Shown here: positions 1 to 14,490 of the stretch, piece by piece
Layout of the letters: each line of letters begins with the position of its first letter
How positions within the stretch are numbered: position 1 is the first letter of the stretch
Assembly (NCBI RefSeq): GCF_024502345.1
Contig: NZ_JALDNN010000001.1
Length of the DNA stretch: 64,000 nt
Reading direction: 5' to 3' (one strand)
Origin: Escherichia coli
GTDB taxonomy: Bacteria; Pseudomonadota; Gammaproteobacteria; Enterobacterales; Enterobacteriaceae
Notes under the pieces: generated by a model
The model's database searches: none
Seen by the model: the letters and a program-made list of their open reading frames with translations, nothing else
What the model was told of the DNA's origin: nothing
Made by a program: the position numbers and the translations under genes

Positions 1-624
1 CATGCAATCGCGCAACGATAAACCTAAATGTTGGGTCAGCACCGTCAATGCAGCGCCTTTATTGCAGCCCACCGGCAGCACTTCGAGGCAATCCGTGGCG
101 GAAAAACACAAATGTGCACGCTCGCCTAATGCTTCGTATAGCTGGATCTGCAAGCGTGTAAGATCGTCGTGATCGCCACAGAAGCAGATCTTGGTGACGC
201 TGCCGAGTGGCATTTTTTTGACATCGATTATCTGATAACGAAAACCGCTATAGACAAATGCCTGCAACAACGCAGGGATCTCTTTCCCGGTAAACCAACC
301 GTCGTCATTGAAGATATGCATGCTGGCTCGGGTATCCCATTGCTGATACAGCACCAGCTCCGCGACATCCGCAGGTAAATCATCACGATGTAAAAGTTCA
401 CCTTCCAGAGAATGCACGCGCGTTCCGTTGCCGGTAATCAAATATGCATCCAGCGATAGCGCCCCGAGAATATGCTGCATCTCCAGCGCATGACGCCCCG
501 TGGCAAAAGTGAGGGTAATGTCGCGTTCACGCAGTCGCGCCAAAGTAGAGAGGGTTTTCTCACCTAAATGATGGTCAGGCATCAATAAAGTGCCATCCAT
601 ATCAAATGCTGCCAGACGAGCCAT
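1..624 (-). CDS. cof: HMP-PP phosphatase Cof (HAD family); 3' end lies beyond window start
   Basis: Minus-strand ATG at 622-624 with GGAG Shine-Dalgarno upstream; N-terminus MARLAAFD read from reverse complement; open frame runs off the window edge. Confidence 0.8.
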
Positions 625-723
625 TTCTTTCTCCACTCTGTGACACGGTTAATGGAGATTGAGTATCACCTGATATATACGGAAGTAATAGTGAATAGTT
701 AAATAATATTGTTCCGGGTTTAT

Positions 724-2424
724 ATGCGATTGCTCAACCGTCTTAACCAGTATCAACGTCTGTGGCAACCTTCAGCCGGAAAGCCGCAAACCGTCACCGT
801 CAGCGAACTGGCCGAACGCTGTTTTTGCAGCGAACGCCATGTTCGTACGCTGTTGCGTCAGGCACAGGAGGCGGGATGGCTGGAGTGGCAGGCGCAGTCA
901 GGACGCGGAAAGCGCGGACAATTACGCTTTCTGGTCACGCCGGAATCGCTACGCAATGCGATGATGGAACAGGCACTGGAAACCGGAAAGCAGCAAGATG
1001 TGCTGGAGCTGGCGCAACTGGCCCCAGGTGAGCTGCGCACTCTGTTACAGCCGTTTATGGGCGGACAATGGCAAAACGATACACCCACGTTGCGTATTCC
1101 CTACTATCGCCCGCTCGAACCGCTACAACCAGGCTTTTTGCCCGGCCGTGCCGAGCAGCATCTCGCCGGGCAGATATTTTCCGGCCTGACCCGCTTCGAT
1201 AATAATACTCAGCGCCCGATTGGCGATTTAGCGCATCACTGGGAAACCTCTACTGACGGGTTACGCTGGGACTTTTATCTTCGTTCAACCCTACACTGGC
1301 ATAACGGCGATGCAGTAAAAGCCTCACACTTACACCAGCGATTATTGATGCTGTTACAACTGCCAGCACTGGATCAATTATTTATTAGCGTGAAGCGTAT
1401 TGAAGTCACCCATCCGCAGTGTCTGACCTTCTTTTTACATCGCCCCGATTACTGGCTTGCGCACCGGCTGGCGAGCTATTGCAGCCATCTGGCGCATCCG
1501 CAATTCCCACTGATCGGCACTGGTCCTTTTCGCTTAACACAATTCACAGCGGAGCTGGTGCGCCTGGAGAGCCATGATTATTACCATTTGCGTCATCCGC
1601 TGCTTAAAGCGGTTGAGTACTGGATAACTCCGCCGCTTTTCGAAAAAGATTTGGGAACCAGTTGTCGGCATCCCGTGCAAATCACCATCGGCAAACCGGA
1701 GGAGCTGCAACGGGTCAGCCAGGTCAGTAGTGGCATCAGTTTAGGTTTTTGCTATTTAACGTTGCGCAAAAGTCCCCGACTCTCCCTCTGGCAGGCGCGA
1801 AAAGTGATCTCCATTATTCATCAATCCGGTTTATTACAAACGTTAGAAGTCGGAGAAAACCTGATCACCGCCAGTCATGCATTACTGCCAGGCTGGACTA
1901 TTCCGCACTGGCAAGTACCGGATGAAGTCAAACTACCGAAAACCTTGACGCTGGTTTATCACCTACCGATAGAACTTCATACCATGGCAGAACGCCTACA
2001 GGCGACACTGGCAGCGGAAGGCTGTGAACTCACAATTATTTTTCATAACGCAAAAAACTGGGACGACACGACCCTACTGGCACACGCAGACCTCATGATG
2101 GGCGACAGATTAATTGGCGAAGCACCGGAATATACTCTGGAGCAATGGCTACGTTGCGATCCACTATGGCCACATGTTTTCGACGCTCCAGCATATGCAC
2201 ATCTGCAATCGACGCTGGACGCGGTGCAAGTAATGCCTGATGAGGAAAACCGATTTAATGCCCTGAAAGCGGTTTTTAGCCAGTTAATGGCAGACGCGAC
2301 GCTGACGCCGCTGTTCAACTATCACTATCGCATTAGTGCCCCTCCCGGCGTGAACGGTGTGCGACTGACACCGCGCGGCTGGTTTGAATTTACCGAAGCC
2401 TGGCTTCCCGCGCCGTCGCAATGA
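724..2424 (+). CDS. ybaE: YbaE, solute-binding-protein-like uncharacterized protein
   Basis: ORF track 709..2424; start placed at the second in-frame ATG (MRLLNRLNQY) to give 566 aa; position between cof and queC. Confidence 0.85.
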   Translation: MRLLNRLNQYQRLWQPSAGKPQTVTVSELAERCFCSERHVRTLLRQAQEAGWLEWQAQSGRGKRGQLRFLVTPESLRNAMMEQALETGKQQDVLELAQLAPGELRTLLQPFMGGQWQNDTPTLRIPYYRPLEPLQPGFLPGRAEQHLAGQIFSGLTRFDNNTQRPIGDLAHHWETSTDGLRWDFYLRSTLHWHNGDAVKASHLHQRLLMLLQLPALDQLFISVKRIEVTHPQCLTFFLHRPDYWLAHRLASYCSHLAHPQFPLIGTGPFRLTQFTAELVRLESHDYYHLRHPLLKAVEYWITPPLFEKDLGTSCRHPVQITIGKPEELQRVSQVSSGISLGFCYLTLRKSPRLSLWQARKVISIIHQSGLLQTLEVGENLITASHALLPGWTIPHWQVPDEVKLPKTLTLVYHLPIELHTMAERLQATLAAEGCELTIIFHNAKNWDDTTLLAHADLMMGDRLIGEAPEYTLEQWLRCDPLWPHVFDAPAYAHLQSTLDAVQVMPDEENRFNALKAVFSQLMADATLTPLFNYHYRISAPPGVNGVRLTPRGWFEFTEAWLPAPSQ

Positions 2425-2488
2425 ATAGCTGGTCCGGGTTAATCGCAGGCGTTACCATAACGCTTTTATTGTTCAAGCAGGATTATCT

Positions 2489-3184
2489 ATGAAACGTGCT
2501 GTCGTTGTGTTCAGTGGAGGCCAGGATTCCACCACCTGTCTGGTGCAGGCATTACAACAATATGATGAAGTCCATTGCGTGACGTTCGATTACGGTCAGC
2601 GACATCGCGCAGAAATCGACGTGGCACGCGAACTGGCGCTGAAACTGGGAGCACGCGCGCATAAGGTTCTTGATGTAACGCTGCTCAACGAGCTGGCGGT
2701 CAGCAGCCTGACACGTGACAGCATTCCGGTGCCTGATTATGAACCTGAAGCCGATGGCATCCCGAATACGTTTGTCCCAGGGCGTAATATTTTGTTCCTG
2801 ACGCTGGCGGCAATATATGCGTATCAGGTAAAAGCAGAAGCCGTAATTACCGGCGTCTGTGAAACGGATTTCTCCGGCTACCCGGATTGCCGCGATGAGT
2901 TTGTGAAAGCACTAAACCATGCCGTCAGTTTGGGCATGGCGAAAGATATTCGTTTTGAAACGCCGCTGATGTGGATTGATAAAGCGGAAACCTGGGCGCT
3001 GGCAGATTATTACGGCAAACTGGATTTAGTCCGTAACGAAACGTTGACCTGCTATAACGGCATTAAAGGCGACGGTTGCGGTCATTGTGCGGCATGTAAT
3101 TTACGCGCCAACGGTTTGAATCATTATCTGGCCGATAAACCGACGGTGATGGCAGCGATGAAGCAGAAAACCGGGTTGAGGTAA
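2489..3184 (+). CDS. queC: 7-cyano-7-deazaguanine synthase QueC
   Basis: 231 aa ORF with PP-loop motif VVFSGGQDS and C-terminal Cys cluster CGHCAAC. Confidence 0.95.
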
Positions 3185-3198
3185 TTATTCCGGGTGTC

Positions 3199-3223
3199 GC
3201 CGGATGCGGCTTGAGCATCCGGC
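3199..3223. terminator. GC-rich hairpin between convergent queC and fadM
   Basis: gccggatgc...gcatccggc inverted repeat. Confidence 0.4.
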
Positions 3224-3235
3224 ACCACAAAACGT

Positions 3236-3634
3236 TTACTTAACCATCTGCTCCAGCTTTTCGCGCAATTCCCCTTCCAGAGCTAATGCTTTCTGCGTTT
3301 TAAGATCAATACAAACAAACGTAATAAGCGCATCCGCTACCACCTGCCCTTCCGGCTCCAGTGTAATGACCTGGCTTAAGATGCCGCTTTTACCGTTTAA
3401 TTGCTGCAACTGACTGGTAATAGTTAACAGGTCACTTAATACCGCTGGGCGACGATAGTTAATATTGATATTGACCACGACGAAGGCGATGTTATGGGCC
3501 GTCATCCACTGAAAACTGTCGCTATTTTCCAACCCATCCCAGCGGGCTTCTTCGAGAAATTCAAGGTAGCGGGCGTTGTTGACGTGCTGGTAAACGTCGA
3601 GATGATATCCACGAACTTTGATTTGTGTTTGCAT
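3236..3634 (-). CDS. fadM: long-chain acyl-CoA thioesterase III FadM (YbaW)
   Basis: 132 aa ORF of hotdog-thioesterase size; conserved position downstream of ybaV. Confidence 0.85.
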   Translation of the reverse strand: MQTQIKVRGYHLDVYQHVNNARYLEFLEEARWDGLENSDSFQWMTAHNIAFVVVNININYRRPAVLSDLLTITSQLQQLNGKSGILSQVITLEPEGQVVADALITFVCIDLKTQKALALEGELREKLEQMVK

Positions 3635-3675
3635 AGCGCAATAACCTTACGTTGTTGTTATAAGTACAGAGGTCA

Positions 3676-6121
<2,446 letters not shown>

Positions 6122-6312
6122 GGTGTAACAACACTCCGCTGTAGATGACTGTGTACCTCACGCAACGTATCGATGCGCGCAAAGGCCTATTGTGACAAGA
6201 AACGGGGGCAATTGTCAGCCCACAAGACGCAGAAAGTCACCGAATACAAATAAAAAAGGCACATCAGTAGATGCGCCCTTGAACTTCGTCACATCCCCAC
6301 CGGGGACAACGC

Positions 6313-6585
6313 TTAGTTTACCGCGTCTTTCAGTGCTTTACCTGCACGGAAGCTCGGTACTTTAGCAGCAGCGATGGTGATCTCTTTACCGGTCTGCGGG
6401 TTGCGGCCAGTACGGGCAGCACGCTCTTTAACGGCAAAAGTACCAAAACCTACCAGTGCTACATCATCCCCTTCTTTCAGAGATTCAGTTACAGAAGCAA
6501 TAATAGCATCTAACGCACGGCCAGCCGCAGCTTTAGAGATATCAGCCCCTGCAGCAATCTTGTCGATCAATTGAGATTTATTCAC
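6313..6585 (-). CDS. hupB: DNA-binding protein HU-beta
   Basis: 90 aa [35 protein letters not shown]..., matching HU-beta as I recall it. Confidence 0.97.
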
Positions 6586-6723
6586 TCTTCTCTTCCTCTT
6601 TATAATTTATATCGCACTTGAATCCTTCAAGGTACGAACGCGCAGCAGTTATATCAGGCCAGCCATCCCCTTACAACACCCCTTAATAAGGGCAAGCCCG
6701 ATCCGTCATCTAACTTAGCGAGA

Positions 6724-6769
6724 CAAAAAAAGGCTGGCAAGCCCGAATTAGCCTGCCAGCCCTGTTTTT
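6724..6769 (-). terminator. lon rho-independent terminator (bidirectional hairpin)
   Basis: A-run, ggctggcaagccc...gcctgccagcc hairpin, T-run. Confidence 0.5.
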
Positions 6770-6793
6770 ATTAGTGCATTTTGCGCGAGGTCA

Positions 6794-9148
6794 CTATTTT
6801 GCAGTCACAACCTGCATGCCAGACGGTTCATTTTGCAGCGCCAGAGTCAGAACTTCCTCAATGCGCTTCACAGGATGAATGTCCAGATCGGCAATTACGT
6901 TGTCAGGAATCTCTTCCAGATCGCGTTTATTTTCGAACGGAATTAGCACTGTTTTAATCCCGCCGCGATGCGCTGCCAGGAGTTTTTCTTTCAAACCACC
7001 GATCGGCAGTACCTGACCACGCAGAGTGATCTCACCGGTCATTGCCACATCGGCACGAACCGGGTTACCGGTCAGGCAAGAAACCAGCGCGGTGCACATA
7101 GCAATACCGGCACTCGGACCATCTTTCGGCGTCGCACCTTCCGGTACGTGGACGTGGATGTCACGTTTTTCGTAAAAATCAGGGTTGATCCCCAGTTTTT
7201 CCGCACGCGCACGAACCACCGTTAACGCCGCCTGAATAGACTCCTGCATCACTTCGCCGAGCGAACCGGTATAGGTCAGTTTGCCTTTACCAGGAACACA
7301 TGCGGTTTCAATGGTCAGCAAGTCACCGCCCACTTCCGTCCACGCCAGACCGGTTACCTGACCGACACGGTTTTCGTTATCAGCGCGACCATAGTCGAAA
7401 CGCTGAACACCGAGGTAGTCATGCAGGTTATCGCCGTTAATTTCGATATGTTTTAATGACTTATCGAGCAGTAACTGCTTAACCGCTTTGCGGCACAGTT
7501 TGGAGATTTCACGCTCCAGACCACGCACGCCCGCCTCACGGGTGTAGTAACGAATAATGCCGATAATGGCGCTATCGTCGACGGTCAGCTCACCTTTTTT
7601 CAGTGCATTACGTTCAATCTGCTTCGGCAGCAGGTGACGTTTGGCGATGTTCAGTTTTTCATCTTCGGTATAACCGGAGAGGCGAATCACTTCCATACGA
7701 TCCAGCAGCGGTGCCGGAATGTTCATGGAGTTCGACGTCGCGACAAACATCACGTCGCTGAGATCGTAATCCACTTCCAGGTAGTGGTCGCTGAACGCTA
7801 CGTTCTGCTCTGGATCCAGCACTTCAAGCAGTGCAGAGGCCGGATCGCCTCGCATGTCAGAAGACATTTTGTCGATCTCATCGAGCAGGAACAGCGGGTT
7901 TTTCACGCCCACTTTCGCCATTTTCTGGATCAGTTTACCCGGCATAGAACCGATGTAAGTACGGCGGTGACCACGGATTTCCGCTTCATCACGCACGCCG
8001 CCCAGCGCCATACGGACATATTTACGCCCGGTGGCTTTGGCAATGGACTGACCAAGAGAGGTTTTACCTACCCCCGGCGGCCCTACCAGGCAGAGGATCG
8101 GTCCCTTGATTTTGTTGACACGGCTTTGAACCGCAAGGTACTCAAGGATGCGATCTTTCACGCGCTCCAGACCATAATGGTCGGTATCAAGGATTTCCTG
8201 CGCCTGACGCAGGTCTTTTTTGACCTTGCTGCGCGCATTCCACGGTACCTGTACCATCCAGTCGATATAACCACGCACTACGGTCGCTTCTGCCGACATC
8301 GGAGACATCATTTTCAGCTTCTGCAACTCTGCTTCCGCTTTCTCTTTTGCCTCTTTCGGCATCTTCGCCGCGTCGATTTTGCGCTTCAGGGCTTCGTTTT
8401 CGTCCGGCGCGTCGTCCATTTCACCGAGTTCTTTCTGAATAGCTTTCATTTGCTCGTTCAGATAGTACTCACGCTGGGATTTCTCCATCTGCTTTTTAAC
8501 GCGGTTGCGAATGCGTTTCTCAACCTGCAGCAGATCGATTTCCGATTCCATCATTGCCATCAGATATTCCAGACGTTCGTTAACGTCGGACATCTCCAGA
8601 ACGGACTGTTTGTCAGCCAGTTTCAGTGGCATATGTGCAGCAATGGTATCCGCCAGACGCGCCGGATCGTCGATGCTATTCAGCGACGTCAGCACTTCTG
8701 GTGGGATTTTTTTGTTCAGCTTGATGTAGCCTTCGAACTGGCTGATTGCAGTACGCACCAGCACTTCCTGTTCCCGCTCATCAATGGTCGGCGACTCCAG
8801 ATACTCCGCCTTCGCAGAAAAGTGTTCGCCATTGTCAGAGAGCGCAGAAATACGCGCGCGCTGTAACCCCTCGACCAGCACTTTGACGGTGCCGTCAGGC
8901 AGTTTCAGCATCTGCAATATAGAGGCCACGGTCCCGACGGTGAAAAGATCGTTTACACCCGGCTCATCCGTTGAAGCTTCTTTCTGCGCGACCAGCATAA
9001 TTTTTTTATCATGGTCCATCGCCGCTTCCAGACAACGGATAGATTTTTCCCGCCCGACAAATAAGGGGATGACCATGTGCGGATAAACCACCACATCGCG
9101 CAGCGGCAATACGGGGATTTCAATGCGTTCAGAACGCTCAGGATTCAT
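6794..9148 (-). CDS. lon: ATP-dependent protease Lon
   Basis: ORF track 6794..9193; start placed at [13 protein letters not shown] (ATG 9146-9148) for 784 aa; Walker [10 protein letters not shown] and catalytic PSAG motif present. Confidence 0.97.
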   Translation of the reverse strand: MNPERSERIEIPVLPLRDVVVYPHMVIPLFVGREKSIRCLEAAMDHDKKIMLVAQKEASTDEPGVNDLFTVGTVASILQMLKLPDGTVKVLVEGLQRARISALSDNGEHFSAKAEYLESPTIDEREQEVLVRTAISQFEGYIKLNKKIPPEVLTSLNSIDDPARLADTIAAHMPLKLADKQSVLEMSDVNERLEYLMAMMESEIDLLQVEKRIRNRVKKQMEKSQREYYLNEQMKAIQKELGEMDDAPDENEALKRKIDAAKMPKEAKEKAEAELQKLKMMSPMSAEATVVRGYIDWMVQVPWNARSKVKKDLRQAQEILDTDHYGLERVKDRILEYLAVQSRVNKIKGPILCLVGPPGVGKTSLGQSIAKATGRKYVRMALGGVRDEAEIRGHRRTYIGSMPGKLIQKMAKVGVKNPLFLLDEIDKMSSDMRGDPASALLEVLDPEQNVAFSDHYLEVDYDLSDVMFVATSNSMNIPAPLLDRMEVIRLSGYTEDEKLNIAKRHLLPKQIERNALKKGELTVDDSAIIGIIRYYTREAGVRGLEREISKLCRKAVKQLLLDKSLKHIEINGDNLHDYLGVQRFDYGRADNENRVGQVTGLAWTEVGGDLLTIETACVPGKGKLTYTGSLGEVMQESIQAALTVVRARAEKLGINPDFYEKRDIHVHVPEGATPKDGPSAGIAMCTALVSCLTGNPVRADVAMTGEITLRGQVLPIGGLKEKLLAAHRGGIKTVLIPFENKRDLEEIPDNVIADLDIHPVKRIEEVLTLALQNEPSGMQVVTAK

Positions 9149-9250
9149 AGAGCTCTCTCTTAGTTTAATTTCCGCCAGGTAATCAGATGACACGACTGTG
9201 CTTCACGCCATCTATTAACATGTACGTCAGTATATGGGGATGTTTCCCCC
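9149..9250 (-). promoter_or_regulatory. lon: lon promoter region (heat-shock sigma-32 dependent)
   Basis: Upstream of lon start; sigma-32 control of lon is established; exact -35/-10 not mapped here. Confidence 0.4.
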
Positions 9251-9251
9251 A

Positions 9252-9308
9252 CATTCAACGCCGAGAATAGAGGAAAAATTAAAGGGGAGATAAAATCCCC
9301 CCTTTTTG
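9252..9308 (+). ncRNA. sraA: candidate small RNA SraA antisense-orientated in the clpX-lon spacer
   Basis: Placed from recalled literature location in the clpX-lon intergenic region on the opposite strand; the sequence ends in a GC hairpin plus T-run (9281-9308) that would terminate a plus-strand transcript. No covariance model was run. Confidence 0.3.
9281..9308 (-). terminator. clpX terminator hairpin (bidirectional)
   Basis: ggggag-ataaaat-cccccc with flanking T-runs on both strands. Confidence 0.5.
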
Positions 9309-9335
9309 GTTAACTAATTGTATGGGAATGGTTAA

Positions 9336-10610
9336 TTATTCACCAGATGCCTGTTGCGCTTCCGGCTTACCATAAATCAGCAACGGTTTGCTTTGACCAT
9401 CAATTACCGACTCGTCGATAACCACTTTTTCGACATCTTCCATGGACGGCAGATCGTACATGGTATCGAGCAGTGCGGCTTCTACGATGGAACGCAGGCC
9501 ACGGGCACCGGTTTTACGCGCCATCGCTTTCTTAGCGATAGCATCCAGCGCCTCGTCACGGAATTCCAGATCCACGCCTTCCAGATTAAACAGCGCCTGA
9601 TACTGCTTGGTCAGGGCGTTTTTCGGCTCTTTGAGGATCTGAATCAGAGCTTCTTCGCTCAGTTCATTCAACGTTGCGACAACCGGCAGACGACCAATAA
9701 ACTCAGGGATAAGACCAAACTTGATCAGATCTTCCGGTTCAACCTGCGCCAGCAGCTCGCCTTCGCTTGCTTTGTCGGACTTCGCTTTTACCGTCGCGCC
9801 AAAACCAATGCCGGAGCCGGTTTCTACACGGTGGGAAATCACTTTATCCAGACCGGCAAACGCACCGCCACAAATAAACAGGATCTTGGAGGTATCAACC
9901 TGCAAAAATTCCTGCTGCGGATGCTTACGCCCGCCCTGCGGTGGAACGGCAGCAACAGTACCTTCGATCAGTTTCAACAGTGCCTGCTGTACGCCTTCAC
10001 CGGAAACGTCACGGGTAATAGACGGGTTGTCCGACTTACGAGAAATCTTGTCGATTTCATCGATGTAGACAATACCACGCTGTGCTTTCTGGACATCGTA
10101 GTCGCATTTCTGCAACAGCTTCTGAATGATGTTTTCAACGTCTTCACCCACATAACCGGCTTCGGTCAGTGTAGTCGCGTCGGCCATGGTGAACGGAACA
10201 TCCAGCAGGCGCGCCAGCGTTTCAGCCAGCAGCGTTTTACCGGAACCGGTCGGACCGATCAGCAGAATGTTACTTTTGCCCAACTCGACACCATTGCTGG
10301 TATCGCCGTTGCGCAGACGTTTGTAATGGTTGTATACCGCGACCGCCAGCACTTTTTTCGCCTGTTCCTGGCCGATAACGTAATCGTCCAGGTGGTTGCG
10401 AATTTCATGCGGCGTCGGTAGCGCACTGCGTTCACGATGCGGTGCAACTTCTTTAATCTCTTCGCGAATGATGTCGTTACATAAATCAACACATTCGTCG
10501 CAGATATACACGGATGGACCGGCAATCAGCTTGCGCACTTCATGCTGGCTTTTGCCGCAAAAAGAGCAATACAGCAATTTGCCTGAGCCATCTTTGCGTT
10601 TATCTGTCAT
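9336..10610 (-). CDS. clpX: ATP-dependent Clp protease ATP-binding subunit ClpX
   Basis: 424 aa ORF with N-terminal zinc-binding CSFCGK...CDEC and Walker A GPTGSGKT. Confidence 0.97.
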
Positions 10611-10735
10611 GGGTCAAAACCTCTTCTTTGTTCTTTGTGCCGCACACGACGACGCAAATGCCATTCTCAGGCGCAAGCCGCTTACAGCGTTGTGCCGCCC
10701 TGGATAAGTATAGCGGCACAGTTGCGCCTCTGGCA

Positions 10736-11359
10736 TCAATTACGATGGGTCAGAATCGAATCGACCAGACCGTATTCCACCGCTTCAGGGGCGGAAAGGA
10801 AGCGATCGCGCTCGGTATCACGTTCAATCTGTTCTAATGATTGACCCGTATGAAGCGCCATAAGTTCATTCATGCGCCCTTTAACTTTCAGAATTTCACG
10901 GGCATGAATTTCGATATCGGTCGCCTGGCCCTGGTAGCCGCCCAACGGTTGGTGAATCATCACGCGCGAATTCGGCAGGCAAAAACGTTTACCTTTTGCC
11001 CCTGCGGTCAGCAAGAAAGCGCCCATCGAGGCCGCCTGGCCCATACAGATGGTGCTGACATCAGGCTTGATAAACTGCATGGTGTCATAGATAGACATCC
11101 CGGCAGTGATCACCCCGCCTGGGGAGTTAATGTACAGATAGATATCTTTTTCTGGGTTTTCCGCTTCCAGGAACAGCATCTGCGCCACAATCAGGTTAGC
11201 CATGTGGTCTTCAACCTGGCCAGTCAGAAAAATGACGCGTTCCTTAAGTAGACGAGAATAGATATCAAAAGAGCGCTCACCGCGTGAGGTCTGTTCAATG
11301 ACCATCGGCACCAGCGCCATATGGGGTGCAAAGTTATCTCGTTCGCCGCTGTATGACAT
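10736..11359 (-). CDS. clpP: ATP-dependent Clp protease proteolytic subunit ClpP
   Basis: 207 aa ORF with active-site region [11 protein letters not shown]; immediately upstream of clpX. Confidence 0.97.
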   Translation of the reverse strand: MSYSGERDNFAPHMALVPMVIEQTSRGERSFDIYSRLLKERVIFLTGQVEDHMANLIVAQMLFLEAENPEKDIYLYINSPGGVITAGMSIYDTMQFIKPDVSTICMGQAASMGAFLLTAGAKGKRFCLPNSRVMIHQPLGGYQGQATDIEIHAREILKVKGRMNELMALHTGQSLEQIERDTERDRFLSAPEAVEYGLVDSILTHRN

Positions 11360-11374
11360 TTCCGTCTCCTGGAT

Positions 11375-11460
11375 AAAATTGAAAAAACCTGCTGTACCGA
11401 TTGTAACCTTATGGACGGATTATCAGCTAGTCCCTGTGTTATGGGTACGGCATCACCATA
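11375..11460 (-). promoter_or_regulatory. clpP: clpP promoter region (sigma-32 type: CTTGAAA ... CCCATAACA)
   Basis: Reverse complement contains cttgaaatatggtgatgccgtacccataacac upstream of clpP. Confidence 0.45.
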
Positions 11461-11540
11461 TTTCAAGCATAACAATCTTTTGTTGTTACGCTAACACCGA
11501 AAGAGGCTTTTCGCACGGTTCCATGCAAAATTCATGACAA

Positions 11541-11575
11541 AAAAAAGCCCACCACCTGGCGGTGACGGGCCTTTG
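11541..11575 (-). terminator. tig rho-independent terminator
   Basis: Reverse complement gcccgtcaccgccaggtggtgggc followed by T8. Confidence 0.55.
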
Positions 11576-11604
11576 TGCGAATTTAGCGCGTTATGCTGCG
11601 TAAA

Positions 11605-12912
<1,308 letters not shown>

Positions 12913-13164
12913 TCAAAAAATCACAGTGCTCGGTCAACTCTTACCCCGCAAGCACAGGTTGTTGGCTTCGCGGAACCGGGATGTTCTTATAATCAATCAC
13001 ATTCCCTGTTACCAGAATCATCCCGAAAGCATTCAAATAGGACGCGGCATTATAGCGGCATCACTTTTATGAGTCGAGAACGGTTATTGCGCGCTGTCGC
13101 GTATTTTTTCACAATTCCCGGGCAATTTTCGTCTGAATGCTGGGCAAAAAGCGCAAAATCCAGA

Positions 13165-13195
13165 CAAAACAAAACGGCCCGCAGGCCGTTTTTCA
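13165..13195 (-). terminator. bolA terminator hairpin
   Basis: aaaacggcccgcaggccgttttt symmetric hairpin with A/T flanks. Confidence 0.5.
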
Positions 13196-13246
13196 TAAAA
13201 TCTTTAGCAACATACTGGAAAAGCGCCGACAGTTGCAAATGCGTTT

Positions 13247-13564
13247 TTACGCGATGCTTCCTGCTCCACGACAGGGAGGAGAGGCAAAGACGGTGTCCTG
13301 CAACCCTTCCCACTCCTTAATAGTGTAAGTATGCAGAGCCAGCGCATGAACGGTAGTAGAGAGTTCCTCCGCTAAAGTACTGTAAATCATTCGATGACGA
13401 TTCAGAAAACGTTCACCCGTAAAACGATCGCTGACCAGCACAACTTTAAAATGGCTTTCAGAGCCGGCTGGGACATTGTGACGATAGCTTTCATCCACTA
13501 CTTCGAGGAATACGGGTTGGAACGCCGCCCTTAATTTTTCTTCTATCCGCTCACGTATCATCAT
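13247..13564 (-). CDS. bolA: stress-induced morphogene transcriptional regulator BolA
   Basis: ORF track 13247..13597; start placed at [10 protein letters not shown] for 105 aa. Confidence 0.9.
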
Positions 13565-13868
13565 GAAATATCTCCTCCGACAACGCTGAGATGTCATCCA
13601 TCCCTTTAAATACTAGCCGCTTTTACCGTTTCCATTGCAGCTTAACAACAAATATTTAGGTTTCGTCCTGGTTTTTCCGTCAAGCGTATGAAGTTTACTG
13701 ATTTAAAGATTGAAACACAGGCCTCGCATCAGCGTTTCTTTTACCAGGGGTGATTATTTCGTCAACATGATGAATTTACATGCCTTACCCACTTCCCCTC
13801 GCCGTTGGCAATGTTATGATGGCGGGAATTTTTACCAAACACGCTTAAGAGTCTCTGAGAGCCCGAAC

Positions 13869-14447
13869 ATGTTCAAAAAAATCCTCTTCCCGTTAGTTGC
13901 TCTGTTTATGCTTGCAGGATGCGCAAAACCGCCAACAACTATTGAAGTTTCCCCGACGATTACACTGCCACAGCAGGATCCAAGCCTGATGGGCGTCACC
14001 GTAAGCATTAATGGTGCCGATCAGCGTACCGATCAGGCGCTGGCAAAAGTCACCCGCGATAATCAAATCGTTACCCTGACCGCCTCCCGCGATCTGCGTT
14101 TCCTGCTGCAAGAAGTGCTGGAAAAACAGATGACCGCGCGTGGTTACATGGTTGGTCCGAATGGCCCGGTTAATCTGCAAATCATCGTTAGCCAACTGTA
14201 TGCTGACGTGTCCCAGGGCAACGTGCGCTACAACATCGCTACCAAAGCGGATATCGCCATCATCGCTACCGCGCAGAATGGCAACAAAATGACCAAAAAC
14301 TATCGTGCCAGCTACAACGTTGAAGGTGCGTTCCAGGCCTCCAACAAAAATATCGCCGATGCGGTTAACAGTGTGCTGACCGATACCATCGCTGATATGT
14401 CTCAGGACACCAGCATTCACGAATTCATCAAGCAGAACGCGCGTTAA
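13869..14447 (+). CDS. yajG: lipoprotein YajG
   Basis: ORF track 13710..14447; start placed at MFKKILFPLVALFMLAGC (lipobox LAGC) for 192 aa. Confidence 0.85.
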   Translation: MFKKILFPLVALFMLAGCAKPPTTIEVSPTITLPQQDPSLMGVTVSINGADQRTDQALAKVTRDNQIVTLTASRDLRFLLQEVLEKQMTARGYMVGPNGPVNLQIIVSQLYADVSQGNVRYNIATKADIAIIATAQNGNKMTKNYRASYNVEGAFQASNKNIADAVNSVLTDTIADMSQDTSIHEFIKQNAR

Positions 14448-14490
14448 TTTCTGCCCTCTGGCCCGGTGCAAACCGGGCCTGTAGACGCCC

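Noticed and set aside
169-378. 69-aa plus-strand ORF at the window start
   Set aside because: Lies antisense inside cof, whose minus-strand frame is continuous and matches the known protein.
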